Part shown: one piece after another, positions 9,717-20,242 of the stretch
How the letters are laid out: the number at the start of each line of letters is the position of its first letter
Position numbering within the stretch: position 1 is the first letter of the stretch
Source: an uncultured Oscillospiraceae bacterium
Lineage (GTDB): Bacteria; Bacillota; Clostridia; UMGS1883
Assembly: GCA_964390145.1 (NCBI GenBank)
Contig: CAYMHB010000005.1
Span: forward strand, 1-49,554
Direction: 5' to 3'
DNA length: 49,554 bases
Program-made: the position numbers and the translations under genes
Notes under the pieces: model-generated
Seen by the model: only the letters and a program-made list of their open reading frames with translations
The model's database searches: none
What the model was told of the DNA's origin: nothing

Positions 9717-9722
9717 ATTATA

Positions 9723-11159
9723 CTACAATCTGTTGTATACGTCAATGTATTCTTTTGCTGAATTTCGCCACGAAAAATCCGTTTTCATTGCTCTTTTTAC
9801 CATAGATTGCCATGATTTCTTGTTGTCGTAGTAAGTTCTCTTGGCATAGTTTATGATTCCGAGCATCTCGTGTGCGTTGTAGTTTGCAAAACTGAAGCCT
9901 GTTCCCGTATTCTCGTATTCGTTAAACGGTTCTACGCTGTCGCGGAGTCCGCCCGTTTCGCGAACGATGGGAAGTGTTCCGTAACGCATAGAAATCATCT
10001 GGCTGAGTCCGCACGGTTCAAAGAGTGACGGCATCAGGAATGCATCGCTGCCTGCGTAGATTTTGTGGCTTTCGGAATTGCCAAACATTATAAGCGACGC
10101 CAGTCTTCCCTTGTACTTCCACTCAAAGTGACGGAGCATATTTTCGTACTGCTCTTCGCCTGTACCGAGGACAATCATCTGGACATCATCATTTTCAAAG
10201 ATGTTGTCCATAACACATTCTACAAGGTCAAGTCCTTTCTGTCCTGTAAGTCTTGTTACCATACCGATAAGGAACTTGTCGGGATTTTCCTCAAGTCCGA
10301 ATTCCTTTTGAAGCGCCAGCTTGTTCTCTTTTTTTCCCGACACGACATTTCTGCCGTCGTAGTTCTTGTAAATCATACTGTCGGTTGACGCGTTCCAGTC
10401 GATATAATTTATACCGTTTATAATACCTGTCACGCTGTTACTTCTTGCAGAGAGGAGACCGTTTAAGTTTTCGCCGAAATAGTCGGTCATAATTTCCCTT
10501 GAATAAGTTTTGCTGACAGTTGTAATAAAGTCAGCGTATACAAGACCGCCCTTTAAGAAACTTGCATCCTTATAAAATTCGAGCTTGTCGGCAGTAAAGT
10601 ATTCTTCGGGGAGTTCGCACACATCGGCGATTGTTTTCTTGTCATACACGCCCTGAAATTTGAGGTTGTGTATCGTCATAACTGTTTTAATTTTGTTATA
10701 ACGCTCATCGCAGTTATAGTGCGCTCTTAAAAGAACGGGAATCATACCTGTCTGCCAGTCGTTACAATGGATAACATCGGGCCAGAAATCTATTACCTGC
10801 AAGAGAGCAAGCACAGCCTTGTCAAAAAACGCAAAGCGTTCAACATCCTGTGCCATATCGCCATAGATAGTGTCGGAACCGAAATAGAATTCGTTGTCAA
10901 CAAAGTAGTAGGTAACGTCTCCTATCTTAAGATCAAACACGCCGCAATACTGGCTGCGCCAACCCATTTTGATATATATGTTATTGATATAGCGCATCTC
11001 GTCCTTGTATTTCTGCGCGATTTTACCGTATTTGGGCAGTATCACACGTGCCTCACACCCCTGCGCACAAAGCTCCTGAGGAAGAGCGCCGACAACGTCG
11101 GCAAGTCCTCCTGTTTTTACAAAAGGTACGCATTCACTTGTGGCAAATAAAACCTTCAT
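9723..11159 (-). CDS. glgA: glycogen synthase (ADP-glucose type)
   Basis: 478 aa with the N-terminal motif ECVPFVKTGGLADV, of the GT5 family. Confidence 0.93.
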   Translation of the reverse strand: MKVLFATSECVPFVKTGGLADVVGALPQELCAQGCEARVILPKYGKIAQKYKDEMRYINNIYIKMGWRSQYCGVFDLKIGDVTYYFVDNEFYFGSDTIYGDMAQDVERFAFFDKAVLALLQVIDFWPDVIHCNDWQTGMIPVLLRAHYNCDERYNKIKTVMTIHNLKFQGVYDKKTIADVCELPEEYFTADKLEFYKDASFLKGGLVYADFITTVSKTYSREIMTDYFGENLNGLLSARSNSVTGIINGINYIDWNASTDSMIYKNYDGRNVVSGKKENKLALQKEFGLEENPDKFLIGMVTRLTGQKGLDLVECVMDNIFENDDVQMIVLGTGEEQYENMLRHFEWKYKGRLASLIMFGNSESHKIYAGSDAFLMPSLFEPCGLSQMISMRYGTLPIVRETGGLRDSVEPFNEYENTGTGFSFANYNAHEMLGIINYAKRTYYDNKKSWQSMVKRAMKTDFSWRNSAKEYIDVYNRL

Positions 11160-11199
11160 ATTTTTGTCCTTTCTGATTGTCCTTGTCTGTCTTTTTTAT

Positions 11200-12318
11200 T
11201 TACAGCAATGTTCTCTTGGGAAGAATTACAGGGAAACTCGGCTGTCCGATAAGGCGTTTTGACTCACGGAGAGTACATTCCTTATCGATAATAACATTTT
11301 CTATTTCGCAGCCTTCTTCAATTACTGTGTTCTGCATAACGATACAGTTTTTAACGGTTGCACCCTTGGCAATATAAACGCCACGGAAGATGATGCTGTT
11401 TTCAACCTTACCCTCAATTATACAGCCGTCTGCAACAAGAGAATCAGATACAGAAGATCTTTCTTTATACTGGGTGGGAACCTGGTCCTTAACCTTGGTA
11501 TAGATACGGTTTTCTGCGCCGAAGATTTCGTCGCGAACATCTTTTTCAAGAAGTTTCATATTGTTCTCGTAGTAACTTGCGACAGAATCAATAATTCCTA
11601 CGAAGCCCTTGTATTCGTAGCCGTAAACTTTGAGTTCGCGGATTGCACTGATAAGAATATCGCGTACGAAGTCATGGCTTCCGCGGGAATATGCATCCTC
11701 AATAAGTTCGATGAGTTTAAGTCTGCCGATAATAAACATACCCATACCCTCGAGTGTTGTTTTGGGGTAACGGGGCTGTGTTTCGATACCGATAACTCTG
11801 CCGTTTTCGCCTATTTCGTAAACATTACCGCGGCTGAGTTGTTCATCCTTTTCCTTTTTGTCGTGGTAAATTATAGTGATATCCGCGTCGTTTTCTATGT
11901 GTTTCTCAAGCGCTTCATCAAATGTCATATTACAGATTGTTCTGCCGCTTGCAAGGAGAACATATTCCTGACGGCTGCGACGAAGGAATGTAAGAACTCC
12001 GTAAAGCTGGTCGATACTGTCTTCGCTTACATTACCGCTTGTACCGCGAACATGGGGAGGAAGCATAAAGAGACCGTAAATTTTTCTGTTAAGATCCCAG
12101 GGAGCACCGCTGCCCACATGGTCCATGAGAGATGAATAGTTGATATTTGTTGCGATACCGACATTGATTACACCTGAGTTTACCATATTGGAAAGGATAA
12201 AGTCGATCAGTCTGTAGCGTCCGCCAAAAGGAAGTGCCTGCACTGAACGGAACTCTGTAAGTTCGTTAAGTCTTAAGTCCTTGTTGTCCGCCATTACAAT
12301 ACCCATCATATCTCTCAT
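11200..12318 (-). CDS. glgD: glucose-1-phosphate adenylyltransferase, GlgD subunit
   Basis: 372-aa GlgC paralogue lacking the GGxGxRL motif. It occupies the position between glgC and glgA, as in Firmicute glgBCDAP operons. Confidence 0.85.
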   Translation of the reverse strand: MRDMMGIVMADNKDLRLNELTEFRSVQALPFGGRYRLIDFILSNMVNSGVINVGIATNINYSSLMDHVGSGAPWDLNRKIYGLFMLPPHVRGTSGNVSEDSIDQLYGVLTFLRRSRQEYVLLASGRTICNMTFDEALEKHIENDADITIIYHDKKEKDEQLSRGNVYEIGENGRVIGIETQPRYPKTTLEGMGMFIIGRLKLIELIEDAYSRGSHDFVRDILISAIRELKVYGYEYKGFVGIIDSVASYYENNMKLLEKDVRDEIFGAENRIYTKVKDQVPTQYKERSSVSDSLVADGCIIEGKVENSIIFRGVYIAKGATVKNCIVMQNTVIEEGCEIENVIIDKECTLRESKRLIGQPSFPVILPKRTLL

Positions 12319-12319
12319 A

Positions 12320-13546
12320 TTAGTTCTCCCCCTTTCCGTTATCTGCTGTCACCATTGAATTTATGCCTATTTTTTCGCCTGCGGGAATTTCTATTCCTCC
12401 GCCTATAAGCGATATTCCGCCTGTGCAATATTTACTTTCGTACTGAGCGCTGCTTGTATTTTCGTCGCCGATAACTGCACCCTCACCGATAATTGCTTCT
12501 TCACCGACAACTGCCTTCTTGACAACTGCGCCTTTCTTTATTGTTGAGCCGGGGAATATGATTGAATCCTCGATAATTGCACCTTCCTGCACAGTAACAC
12601 TTTCAAAAAGAATACTGTGATTTACAGTTCCGTAAACGCTACATCCCTCGGTAACACAGCTGTTCTTGATAACCGCACCGCCTGCAACATAGTGCGGAGG
12701 CTTAACGGGATTTCTTGAATAAATCTTCCAGTTGCTGTCGTTAAGTTCGAATGCAGGTGGGGTTGCAAGGATATCCATATTTGCTTCCCACAAGCTCTGC
12801 ACCGTACCAACATCTTTCCAGTATCCTTCAAATGCATACGCACACATATTTTCGCCATTGTCAAGCATTGTAGGAATGATGTTTTTACCAAAATCGTTAG
12901 AGCTTTCGGGATTTGTTTCGTCACTCTGAAGATACTTTTTAAGAACTTCCCAAGTAAATACATATACACCCATTGATGCAAGATTGCTCTTCGGCTCAGC
13001 AGGTTTTTCCGCAAATTCCACTATTTTGCCTTCTTCATCTGCGGTCATAATACCAAAACGGCTTGCCTCGTCCCACGGAACTTCGATAACGGCTATTGTC
13101 GCATCGGCATTCTTCTGCTTGTGGAACTTAATCATTTTGGAATAGTCCATTTTATAAATATGGTCACCTGAAAGGATAACTACATACTTGGGGTTGAACT
13201 TGTCAACAAACTCAATGTTCTGATAAATTGCGTTTGCAGTACCCTTGTACCATTCTCCCTTTTCTGCACTCTGGTACGGAGGCAGTACATATACACCGCC
13301 GGAATTTCTGTTAAGGTCCCACGGATGTCCGCTGCCGATATAAGTATTGAGTTCAAGGGGCTGATATTGAGTGAGCACACCTACTGTATAAATTCCGGAG
13401 TGGATACAGTTACTTAAAGTAAAGTCGATAATTCTGTACTTTCCTCCGAAAGGAACTGCAGGTTTTGCTACTGTTTTTGTGAGTGCACCAAGTCGGCTTC
13501 CCTGTCCGCCGGCAAGAATCATTGCTAAACACTCGGCTGATTTCAT
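12320..13546 (-). CDS. glgC: glucose-1-phosphate adenylyltransferase
   Basis: Starts [27 protein letters not shown] lies upstream of the ATG at 13546. An alternative ATG at 13570 overlaps the glgB stop codon (ATGA). Confidence 0.9.
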   Translation of the reverse strand: MKSAECLAMILAGGQGSRLGALTKTVAKPAVPFGGKYRIIDFTLSNCIHSGIYTVGVLTQYQPLELNTYIGSGHPWDLNRNSGGVYVLPPYQSAEKGEWYKGTANAIYQNIEFVDKFNPKYVVILSGDHIYKMDYSKMIKFHKQKNADATIAVIEVPWDEASRFGIMTADEEGKIVEFAEKPAEPKSNLASMGVYVFTWEVLKKYLQSDETNPESSNDFGKNIIPTMLDNGENMCAYAFEGYWKDVGTVQSLWEANMDILATPPAFELNDSNWKIYSRNPVKPPHYVAGGAVIKNSCVTEGCSVYGTVNHSILFESVTVQEGAIIEDSIIFPGSTIKKGAVVKKAVVGEEAIIGEGAVIGDENTSSAQYESKYCTGGISLIGGGIEIPAGEKIGINSMVTADNGKGEN

Positions 13547-13566
13547 GTATAATCCTTCCTCTCTTG

Positions 13567-15504
13567 TCATATAAATTCGGAATTTTGCTTTTTGATTTGG
13601 GTGCGTTTAAAATAGAGTGCGCTCATTGGCGGTACATCAACCATGATTGAGTAGGGCATATTTCCCTGTGCTTTCTTTTTGGCTGATATTGGTTTGATTT
13701 TTCTTCCTCCACCGCCAAACTTCGTTTCGTCACTTGAAAGAACACTTGCATATGTTCCTGCTCGCGGAACCCCGACAATGTAACCCTTGTACTCAACGGG
13801 AGTAAAGTTGCAGATAACAACAACTTCTTCGGTTTTCTTTTTGCCACGCCTTACAAAAGAAATTACGCTACGGTCACGGTCATCGGCGTTTATCCATTCA
13901 AAACCGTCCCAACTGTTTTCAATTTCCCAGAAGGGTTTGTTTTCTTTATAAAATGCGTTGAGTTCTTTCATAAACGAATGGAACTGTTTGTGCTTTTCCA
14001 GTTCAAGCAAGTGCCATTCAAGCTGCTCGTAATAGCGCCACTCAATAAACTGCGCTATCTCGCCACCCATGAAAAGAAGTTTCTTCCCGGGGTGCGCCAT
14101 CTTGTACATAAAGAAGGCGCGGAGTGAATCAAACTTCTGTCCGTAAAGACCCGACATTTTTTCAATGAGCGAGCACTTTCCGTGAACAACCTCATCATGA
14201 GAAAGCGGAAGTATATAGTTTTCGGAAAAGGCGTACATCATCGAAAATGTCAAAAGGTTATGATTGTCGCGCCTGAAGTATGGGTCCATACTCATATAGC
14301 GGAGCATATCGTTCATCCAGCCCATATTCCATTTATAGTTGAATCCGAGACCCCCGTCACAAACAGGTTTAGTAACATTTGGCCATGCAGTTGATTCCTC
14401 GGCAATCATCAGTATATTCGGATGCTCTGAAAAAGCGGCGATATTGAGTTTTTGCAGAAACTCAATCGCTTCAAGATTTTCGTTGCCGCCGTTTTTGTTG
14501 GGCATATATTCCTCACGACCATAATCGAGGTAAAGCATACTTGAGACGGCGTCAACCCTAAGCCCGTCAATATGAAAAACATCAAGCCAGTAAAGTGCGC
14601 TTGAAAGAAGGAATGAAACAACTTCCTCGCGCCCATAGTCAAACACGAGTGTTCCCCATTCTTTATGTTCGCCCTTCAATGGGTTGGGGTATTCGTAAAT
14701 CGGTGTGCCGTCAAATTTCGCAAGTCCGTGCGCGTCGCGCGGGAAATGGGCAGGCACCCAGTCCATAATAACACTTATGCCGTACTCGTGGCACTTATTC
14801 ACAAAGTACATAAAGTCCTTTGGCGTGCCATAGCGACTTGTCGAAGCAAAGTAGCCCGTCACCTGATAACCCCAACTGCCGTCAAATGGAAATTCTGTAA
14901 GGGGCATCAGTTCAACGTGTGTGTAATTCATTTCGCAAAGATAAGGACAAAGCTCATCCGCTATTTCACGGTAGTTTTTAAGCGACCCGTCAGGATGCGT
15001 ACGCCAACTGCCAAGGTGCATTTCGTAAATGAGCATCGGCTTTTCGTAGGGTGCATTTTTAGTTCTTTTTTCAATCCACTTTTTATCGGTCCACTCAAAT
15101 CCGTTTGTGTTATATGTTATAGATGCAGTTTCAGGAGCAAGTCCCGCAAATCTTGCATACGGGTCCGCCTTATAAAAGGAACTGCCGTCTTTCGCTTTTA
15201 TAAAATATTTATAACTCTGTCCGTCGGTTATTCCCTTTATAAAGCAGTGCCATACACCCGAGCTTCCTTGCGGATTCATGGGATGAGCATCTGCATTCCA
15301 TCCGTTAAAGTCACCAACAACACTGACATAGTCAGCATTAGGTGCCCATACGGCAAAGCTGTATCCTGAGTCACCAAAAATTTCAGCCGGAATTGCGCCC
15401 ATAAATTTATATGCACGGAAGGCGGTTCCGCTGTTAAACATAGAGAGGTCGGAGGTAGAAATAAAAGGATTTTCTTTTATTGCAGATATTTTCTTTGTTG
15501 TCAT
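13567..15504 (-). CDS. glgB: 1,4-alpha-glucan branching enzyme
   Basis: 645 aa of the GH13 family, containing DWVPAHF, GLRVDAV and a HDEVVHGK-like region. GGAGGAG precedes the ATG at 15504. Confidence 0.93.
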   Translation of the reverse strand: MTTKKISAIKENPFISTSDLSMFNSGTAFRAYKFMGAIPAEIFGDSGYSFAVWAPNADYVSVVGDFNGWNADAHPMNPQGSSGVWHCFIKGITDGQSYKYFIKAKDGSSFYKADPYARFAGLAPETASITYNTNGFEWTDKKWIEKRTKNAPYEKPMLIYEMHLGSWRTHPDGSLKNYREIADELCPYLCEMNYTHVELMPLTEFPFDGSWGYQVTGYFASTSRYGTPKDFMYFVNKCHEYGISVIMDWVPAHFPRDAHGLAKFDGTPIYEYPNPLKGEHKEWGTLVFDYGREEVVSFLLSSALYWLDVFHIDGLRVDAVSSMLYLDYGREEYMPNKNGGNENLEAIEFLQKLNIAAFSEHPNILMIAEESTAWPNVTKPVCDGGLGFNYKWNMGWMNDMLRYMSMDPYFRRDNHNLLTFSMMYAFSENYILPLSHDEVVHGKCSLIEKMSGLYGQKFDSLRAFFMYKMAHPGKKLLFMGGEIAQFIEWRYYEQLEWHLLELEKHKQFHSFMKELNAFYKENKPFWEIENSWDGFEWINADDRDRSVISFVRRGKKKTEEVVVICNFTPVEYKGYIVGVPRAGTYASVLSSDETKFGGGGRKIKPISAKKKAQGNMPYSIMVDVPPMSALYFKRTQIKKQNSEFI

Positions 15505-15547
15505 ACATTCTCCTCCGTTTTTTTAGATATAATTGTACTTATTTTAT

Positions 15548-15576
15548 ATTTTATCAAATTTATTTTATCAAGTCAA
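15548..15576 (-). promoter_or_regulatory. sigma-A type promoter of the glg operon
   Basis: On the minus strand: TTGACT, 17-nt spacer, TAAAAT. It lies about 45 nt upstream of the glgB ATG. Confidence 0.6.
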
Positions 15577-15650
15577 ACGCTTTTAGGGGATTTTTACCAA
15601 AAAAAGCGATAATTTTCGACGTGTTTTTGGTAAAATTTATACAAAAACGC

Positions 15651-15689
15651 CAAAAAAAGGCTTTTACCCGCGTTGGATAAAAGCCTTTT
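15651..15689 (-). terminator. rho-independent terminator after rex
   Basis: AAAGGCTTTTA...TAAAAGCCTTT stem, followed on the minus strand by TTTTTTTG. Confidence 0.75.
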
Positions 15690-15693
15690 ATTA

Positions 15694-16326
15694 TTATTCC
15701 GATGCCATTTTATCGCGTAAGTGATTTGACAAAAGCGCAAGTGATGATGCCATATTCTCGTTCTGCACCAGAATTTTCTCGGGCGCTTTTATATGCGTGG
15801 GAGCAAAATTCCAGATTGCGAGGATACCGCTTTTTACAAGCATATCACAAACCTGCTGTGCTGCATCTACGGGAACAGTTATGATGCCTATCTTGACATT
15901 AAGTTCCTTACACATTTGGGGAAGGCGCGAAATGTCAAAAATTCTTTTATTGTCGATAAGTTCGGGACGGTTATCAAAAGCGGCAACTATGTTTATTCCG
16001 TAGTTGTCAAACCCGCGGTAACTCATAAGAGCCATCCCGAGATTTCCCGCACCGACCAGGATTGCGTCATTTCCCCTGCCATAATCAAGGAAATCAGAGA
16101 TTCCGTCTATAAGGTCTCGCACAACAAAACCTTTTTTCGGGATTCCCGAAGTTTTGCAGACTGCCGCGAGATCCTTTCTGACCTGAACATCGTTCATGTC
16201 AAGAGCCTCCGCAACTGCGGCAGAAGAAATATATTCAATTTCATTACTGTCAAGCGTTTTGAGATATGACATATATACGGGCAGTCTCTTAAGTGCCTGA
16301 CGGGAAAGACCTGTTTTCTTATCCAT
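15694..16326 (-). CDS. rex: redox-sensing transcriptional repressor Rex
   Basis: 210 aa with an N-terminal winged helix (RLPVYMSYLKTL) and a Rossmann motif GAGNLG. Confidence 0.9.
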   Translation of the reverse strand: MDKKTGLSRQALKRLPVYMSYLKTLDSNEIEYISSAAVAEALDMNDVQVRKDLAAVCKTSGIPKKGFVVRDLIDGISDFLDYGRGNDAILVGAGNLGMALMSYRGFDNYGINIVAAFDNRPELIDNKRIFDISRLPQMCKELNVKIGIITVPVDAAQQVCDMLVKSGILAIWNFAPTHIKAPEKILVQNENMASSLALLSNHLRDKMASE

Positions 16327-16359
16327 AATTATCCCCTTTATCAGAGTTTGTAAAATAGA

Positions 16360-17223
16360 TTATGCCTTGTTAACAGAGCCAAAAAGTTCCATTTTTTCTT
16401 TAACAGTTTCTTTTATTGCTTCAAAACCGGGTGCGAGAACTTTTCTGGGATCAAAGCCCTTACCCTGAAGGTCCTTGCCCTCTTCAAAATACTTTCTTGT
16501 AGCAGCGGTGAATGAAAGCTGACATTCTGTGTTTACGTTGATTTTTGCAACTCCGAGAGAAATTGCCTTTTTTATCATTTCTGCAGGAATACCTGTTCCG
16601 CCGTGAAGAACAAGCGGAATGTTACCTGTTGCATCCTTGATTTTTTCAAGAGCGTCAAATGCAAGACCCTTCCAGTTTTCAGGGTACTTACCGTGGATGT
16701 TGCCGATACCTGCTGCAAGCATTGTTACACCAAGGTCTGCAATAGCCTTACACTCCATGGGATCTGCGATGTCGCCGCTGCCCACAACGCCGTCTTCTTC
16801 GCCGCCGATTGCGCCAACTTCAGCTTCAAGGCTGAGACCTTTTTCCGCGCAGATGTTTATAAGTTCGGTTGTTTTTGCTACATTCTCCTCGATGGGATAA
16901 TGGCTGCCGTCAAACATTACTGATGAGAAGCCTGCCTCGATGCACTTAAGAGCACCTTCATAACTGCCGTGGTCAAGATGAATAGCAACGGGAACTGTGA
17001 TATTAAGTCCCTCTATCATACCTTTAACCATACCTACAACTGCCTTGTAGCCGCCCATATACTTTCCGGCACCTTCACTTACACCAAGGATAACGGGAGA
17101 CTTCTGTTCCTGGGCTGTAAGGAGAATTGCCTTTGTCCATTCAAGATTGTTTATGTTGAACTGACCTACCGCGTACTTACCGTCGCGAGCCTTTTCAAGC
17201 ATTTCTTTTGCTGATACTAACAT
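16360..17223 (-). CDS. fba: class II fructose-1,6-bisphosphate aldolase
   Basis: 287 aa starting MLVSAKEMLEKARDGKYAVGQFNINNLEW, with HLDHG and LVLHGG motifs. The ORF-track start at 17232 is a TTG 3 codons upstream of the ATG at 17223. Confidence 0.88.
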   Translation of the reverse strand: MLVSAKEMLEKARDGKYAVGQFNINNLEWTKAILLTAQEQKSPVILGVSEGAGKYMGGYKAVVGMVKGMIEGLNITVPVAIHLDHGSYEGALKCIEAGFSSVMFDGSHYPIEENVAKTTELINICAEKGLSLEAEVGAIGGEEDGVVGSGDIADPMECKAIADLGVTMLAAGIGNIHGKYPENWKGLAFDALEKIKDATGNIPLVLHGGTGIPAEMIKKAISLGVAKINVNTECQLSFTAATRKYFEEGKDLQGKGFDPRKVLAPGFEAIKETVKEKMELFGSVNKA

Positions 17224-17355
17224 AATTACCAAGCCTTTCTTCCCGCTGTTATTCCTAAGTGCTCTTATCGCGGGTAATAAGTCACGAAAATTTATTACAT
17301 AAAAATATACTATATTATTATCGCATAAATTTGCAAATAAATCAATATATATTAT

Positions 17356-18414
17356 GTGAAAAGAGGTGATTTTTTGAAAAAAACTGCATCTGTTACAATC
17401 AATTTAAGAAAGTTGCGTCCCGCCTTTTTGAGCGCAGTGTTTTCTTTTGTGATTATGTCAAGTGTAGTTTTGTCAAAATCACTTCCCGCTATTACAATCG
17501 GCGATGATGTTTTGAAGTTCTTTCTTTCTTCAAATATTTCTTTTAGCCAAGATAAACTTCTTGTTTCGGGGGTGTTTTCACTGAATGAGAAAGCTTATGA
17601 AAAATCCGCTAAACCTGCATCAAAGACGCAAAACAACGTTTCGCAGCTCAAAACAAAAATACAGGCTCCCCCTAAAACCAATCTTTCCCCCGAAGTTAAA
17701 ATTTCAAACACAACAAAGCTTAAAATCGAGCCTGAAGATTTTCTTTCTCCTGTGCCGCAATTCTTGAGCGGGGATTTTTCGGTGCTGATTGTTCATACGC
17801 ACACGACGGAAAGTTATACTCCGTCGCAAAAATTTAATTACGCCCCAACGGACACCGAGCGCACAACTGACAAAAATTTCAATATGGTACGGGTCGGCGA
17901 AGAAATAAAAAGCGTGCTTGAGGCAAACGGAATCCGCGTTTATCACGACACGGCGATAAACGACCATCCCAGTTACAGCGGAAGCTATAACAAAAGCGCA
18001 AAAGCCATTGAAAACTACATAAAAAAAGACCCGTCAATTAAAATTGTGCTTGATGTGCACCGCGACGCAATCGTGGGAAAAGACGGTGAAAAAATAAAGC
18101 ATACCGCAAAAATTGACGGCGAGGATGCCGCAAAAATAATGCTCGTTGTCGGAAGTAATCAAAGTGGTCTTGCACACGATAACTGGAAGGATAATCTGAG
18201 TTTCGCCGCACAGCTGCAAAGTCATACCGAGTCGCTTTATCCGAATCTGTGCCGTCCGATAAATTTCAGAAGTCAGCGGTTTAATCAACAGCTTGCCCCC
18301 GCGGGAGTTATTGTTGAGGTCGGCACAAATGGAAATACTCTTGATGAAGCGATTTTGGGCGCAAGATATTTCGCGGTGGCTCTTAGTGACTTTATAGATA
18401 GTAATAAAAAATAA
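17356..18414 (+). CDS. spoIIP: stage II sporulation protein P
   Basis: N-terminal TM segment and a SpoIIP-family core (LIVHTHTTESY...VLDVHRDA...VEVGTNGNTLDEA). The track start is a GTG at 17356. The TTG at 17374, after AAGAGGTGA, is an equally good start. Confidence 0.85.
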   Translation: MKRGDFLKKTASVTINLRKLRPAFLSAVFSFVIMSSVVLSKSLPAITIGDDVLKFFLSSNISFSQDKLLVSGVFSLNEKAYEKSAKPASKTQNNVSQLKTKIQAPPKTNLSPEVKISNTTKLKIEPEDFLSPVPQFLSGDFSVLIVHTHTTESYTPSQKFNYAPTDTERTTDKNFNMVRVGEEIKSVLEANGIRVYHDTAINDHPSYSGSYNKSAKAIENYIKKDPSIKIVLDVHRDAIVGKDGEKIKHTAKIDGEDAAKIMLVVGSNQSGLAHDNWKDNLSFAAQLQSHTESLYPNLCRPINFRSQRFNQQLAPAGVIVEVGTNGNTLDEAILGARYFAVALSDFIDSNKK

Positions 18415-18451
18415 AAGGAATCCGCAATGGCGGATTCCTTCACTATTTTTT
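18415..18451 (+). terminator. rho-independent terminator after spoIIP
   Basis: GGAATCCGC-AATG-GCGGATTCC hairpin followed by TTCACTATTTTTT. Confidence 0.75.
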
Positions 18452-18544
18452 CAAAGTATTTCCGTTTTATTTTTCGGCTATCTCATTAAAAGACATTTTA
18501 TCACAGTCACTGCGTTTTGTGCTCTGCGCTAAAATCGTTCGCCT

Positions 18545-18967
18545 TTAGTGTTGGTGTGAGCAATGTGCACAGTTACCGCTGCATTCGATTTTCTTCTCAA
18601 TACCGCTCTTATCGTAGTAATCCTGAATAGCGGCTCTGATTGCTTCTTCTGCTAAAACGCTGCAATGAAGCTTTGCCGGCGGAAGTCCGTCAAGTGCTTC
18701 AACAACAGCCTTGTTTGTAAGCTGAAGAGCCTCATCAATGGTTTTGCCCTTCACAAGTTCAGTTGCCATAGAACTTGTTGCAACTGCGGCACCGCAGCCG
18801 AAAGTCTTGAACTTAATATCAACGATTACATCGTTTTCAATCTTCATATAGATTTTCATAATATCGCCGCACTTGGCATTACCTACTGTACCAACTGCAT
18901 TAGCATCTTCTATTTCCCCGACATTTCTGGGGTTTGAGAAATGGTCCATAACCTTTTCGCTGTACAT
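18545..18967 (-). CDS. nifU: Fe-S cluster assembly scaffold NifU/IscU
   Basis: 140 aa, MYSEKVMDHFSNPRNVG...GNAKCGD...FGCGAAVA...LHCS, with a Cys/His-rich tail CSGNCAHCSHQH. Confidence 0.9.
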   Translation of the reverse strand: MYSEKVMDHFSNPRNVGEIEDANAVGTVGNAKCGDIMKIYMKIENDVIVDIKFKTFGCGAAVATSSMATELVKGKTIDEALQLTNKAVVEALDGLPPAKLHCSVLAEEAIRAAIQDYYDKSGIEKKIECSGNCAHCSHQH

Positions 18968-18972
18968 TTATA

Positions 18973-20145
18973 TCATTCCTTTCCTTCTACACCTTCGTAA
19001 AGAGGCGACATATCCCTAAGTCTCTGAACAATCGGGGGAAGCGCTTTTAAGAAGGAGTCAATTTCTTCTTTTGTAGTAAATTCCGAAAGAGATGCACGAA
19101 GCGAGCCGTGCGCAATCTCGTGCGGAAGACCAATCCCCAGAAGAACATGGGACGGGTCAAGCGAGCCTGATGTGCAGGCAGAGCCACTTGAAACAACAAA
19201 TCCCATCATATCAAGTGATAAAAGAAGGCTCTCGCCCTCGATATATCTGAAGCAAAAACTTGTGTTATTGGGAAGGCGCTTTTCCCTGTGACCGTTAAGA
19301 CGGGTATAGGGAATTTCACGAAGGACTGTATCAATGATATAGTCACGCATTTCTACAAGTTTTTTTGTTTTCTCGGTCATATTTTCGCAAGCCTCGGAAA
19401 GAGCCTGCGCCATACCGATTATGCCTGCAACATTTTCCGTTGTGGCACGTCTGCCTGATTCCTGTGCACCGCCGTGGATAAGATTTTCAATCTTTATACC
19501 CTTTTTGATATAAAGCGCGCCAACACCCTTGGGTCCGTGGAATTTGTGCGCCGATATGGAAAGAAGGTCGATATTCATTTTTTCGACATCAATTTCTACC
19601 GCACCTGTCGCCTGAACTGCGTCAGTGTGGAAATATACGCCTTTTTTACGGCAAATAGCACCGATTTCCTCTATGGGATTTATTGTGCCGATTTCGTTAT
19701 TGGCAAACATTACTGAAACAAGAATTGTCTTGTCGGTAATTGCGTTTTCAATATCCTTGGGGTTTACCATACCGAATTCATCAACGGGTACATAAGTAAC
19801 CTCAAAGCCATGCTTTTCAAGAAACTGACAGGTATGAAGAACTGCATGGTGCTCAACCGTTGTGGTTATGATGTGATTACCCTTGTCCTTGTTTTTAAGA
19901 GCAACACCTTTTATTGCCCAGTTGTCTGCCTCGCTGCCGCCACTTGTAAAATAAAGCTCACGCGCAGTTGCACCGATAAGTGATGCAATCTTTTCGCGTG
20001 CTTCATTCATAGCACGGCGTGCCGCCTGACCTGCACTTGTATATGTGGAGGATGCGTTGCCGAAAGTTTCGGTAAAGTACGGAAGCATCGCACTTATTAC
20101 ACTGCCTTTCATTTTTGTTGTGGCTGCATTGTCAAGATATATCAT
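18973..20145 (-). CDS. nifS: cysteine desulfurase NifS
   Basis: 390-aa class V aminotransferase with the PLP lysine in SISAHKFHGPKG and the active-site loop SSGSACTS. Confidence 0.92.
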   Translation of the reverse strand: MIYLDNAATTKMKGSVISAMLPYFTETFGNASSTYTSAGQAARRAMNEAREKIASLIGATARELYFTSGGSEADNWAIKGVALKNKDKGNHIITTTVEHHAVLHTCQFLEKHGFEVTYVPVDEFGMVNPKDIENAITDKTILVSVMFANNEIGTINPIEEIGAICRKKGVYFHTDAVQATGAVEIDVEKMNIDLLSISAHKFHGPKGVGALYIKKGIKIENLIHGGAQESGRRATTENVAGIIGMAQALSEACENMTEKTKKLVEMRDYIIDTVLREIPYTRLNGHREKRLPNNTSFCFRYIEGESLLLSLDMMGFVVSSGSACTSGSLDPSHVLLGIGLPHEIAHGSLRASLSEFTTKEEIDSFLKALPPIVQRLRDMSPLYEGVEGKE

Positions 20146-20242
20146 AAAAGTTCTTCTCCTGAAACTGTTCTTGTTTGATTCTTAATCCACATTACAGTAT
20201 AGTATCATTTTGTGGAAAAAGCAAGTAAATTCGTAAAAATAA

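Noticed and set aside
14665-15369. Long antisense ORFs lie inside well-supported genes. Examples are a 234-aa ORF opposite glgB, 157/178-aa ORFs opposite folC (5718-6343), a 176-aa ORF opposite the Gfo/Idh/MocA gene, and a 135-aa ORF opposite rpmE (45051-45458).
   Set aside because: Each lies fully within, or opposite, a gene with strong family motifs. They have biased or low-complexity translations and no SD-supported starts. They are typical shadow ORFs.
16360-16380. TTGTTAAC at the fba 3' end, upstream of rex, could be a Rex operator.
   Set aside because: Only a short GTTAAC core is present. There is no full TTGTTAA-N4-TTAACAA-type inverted repeat, and it lies in coding sequence.
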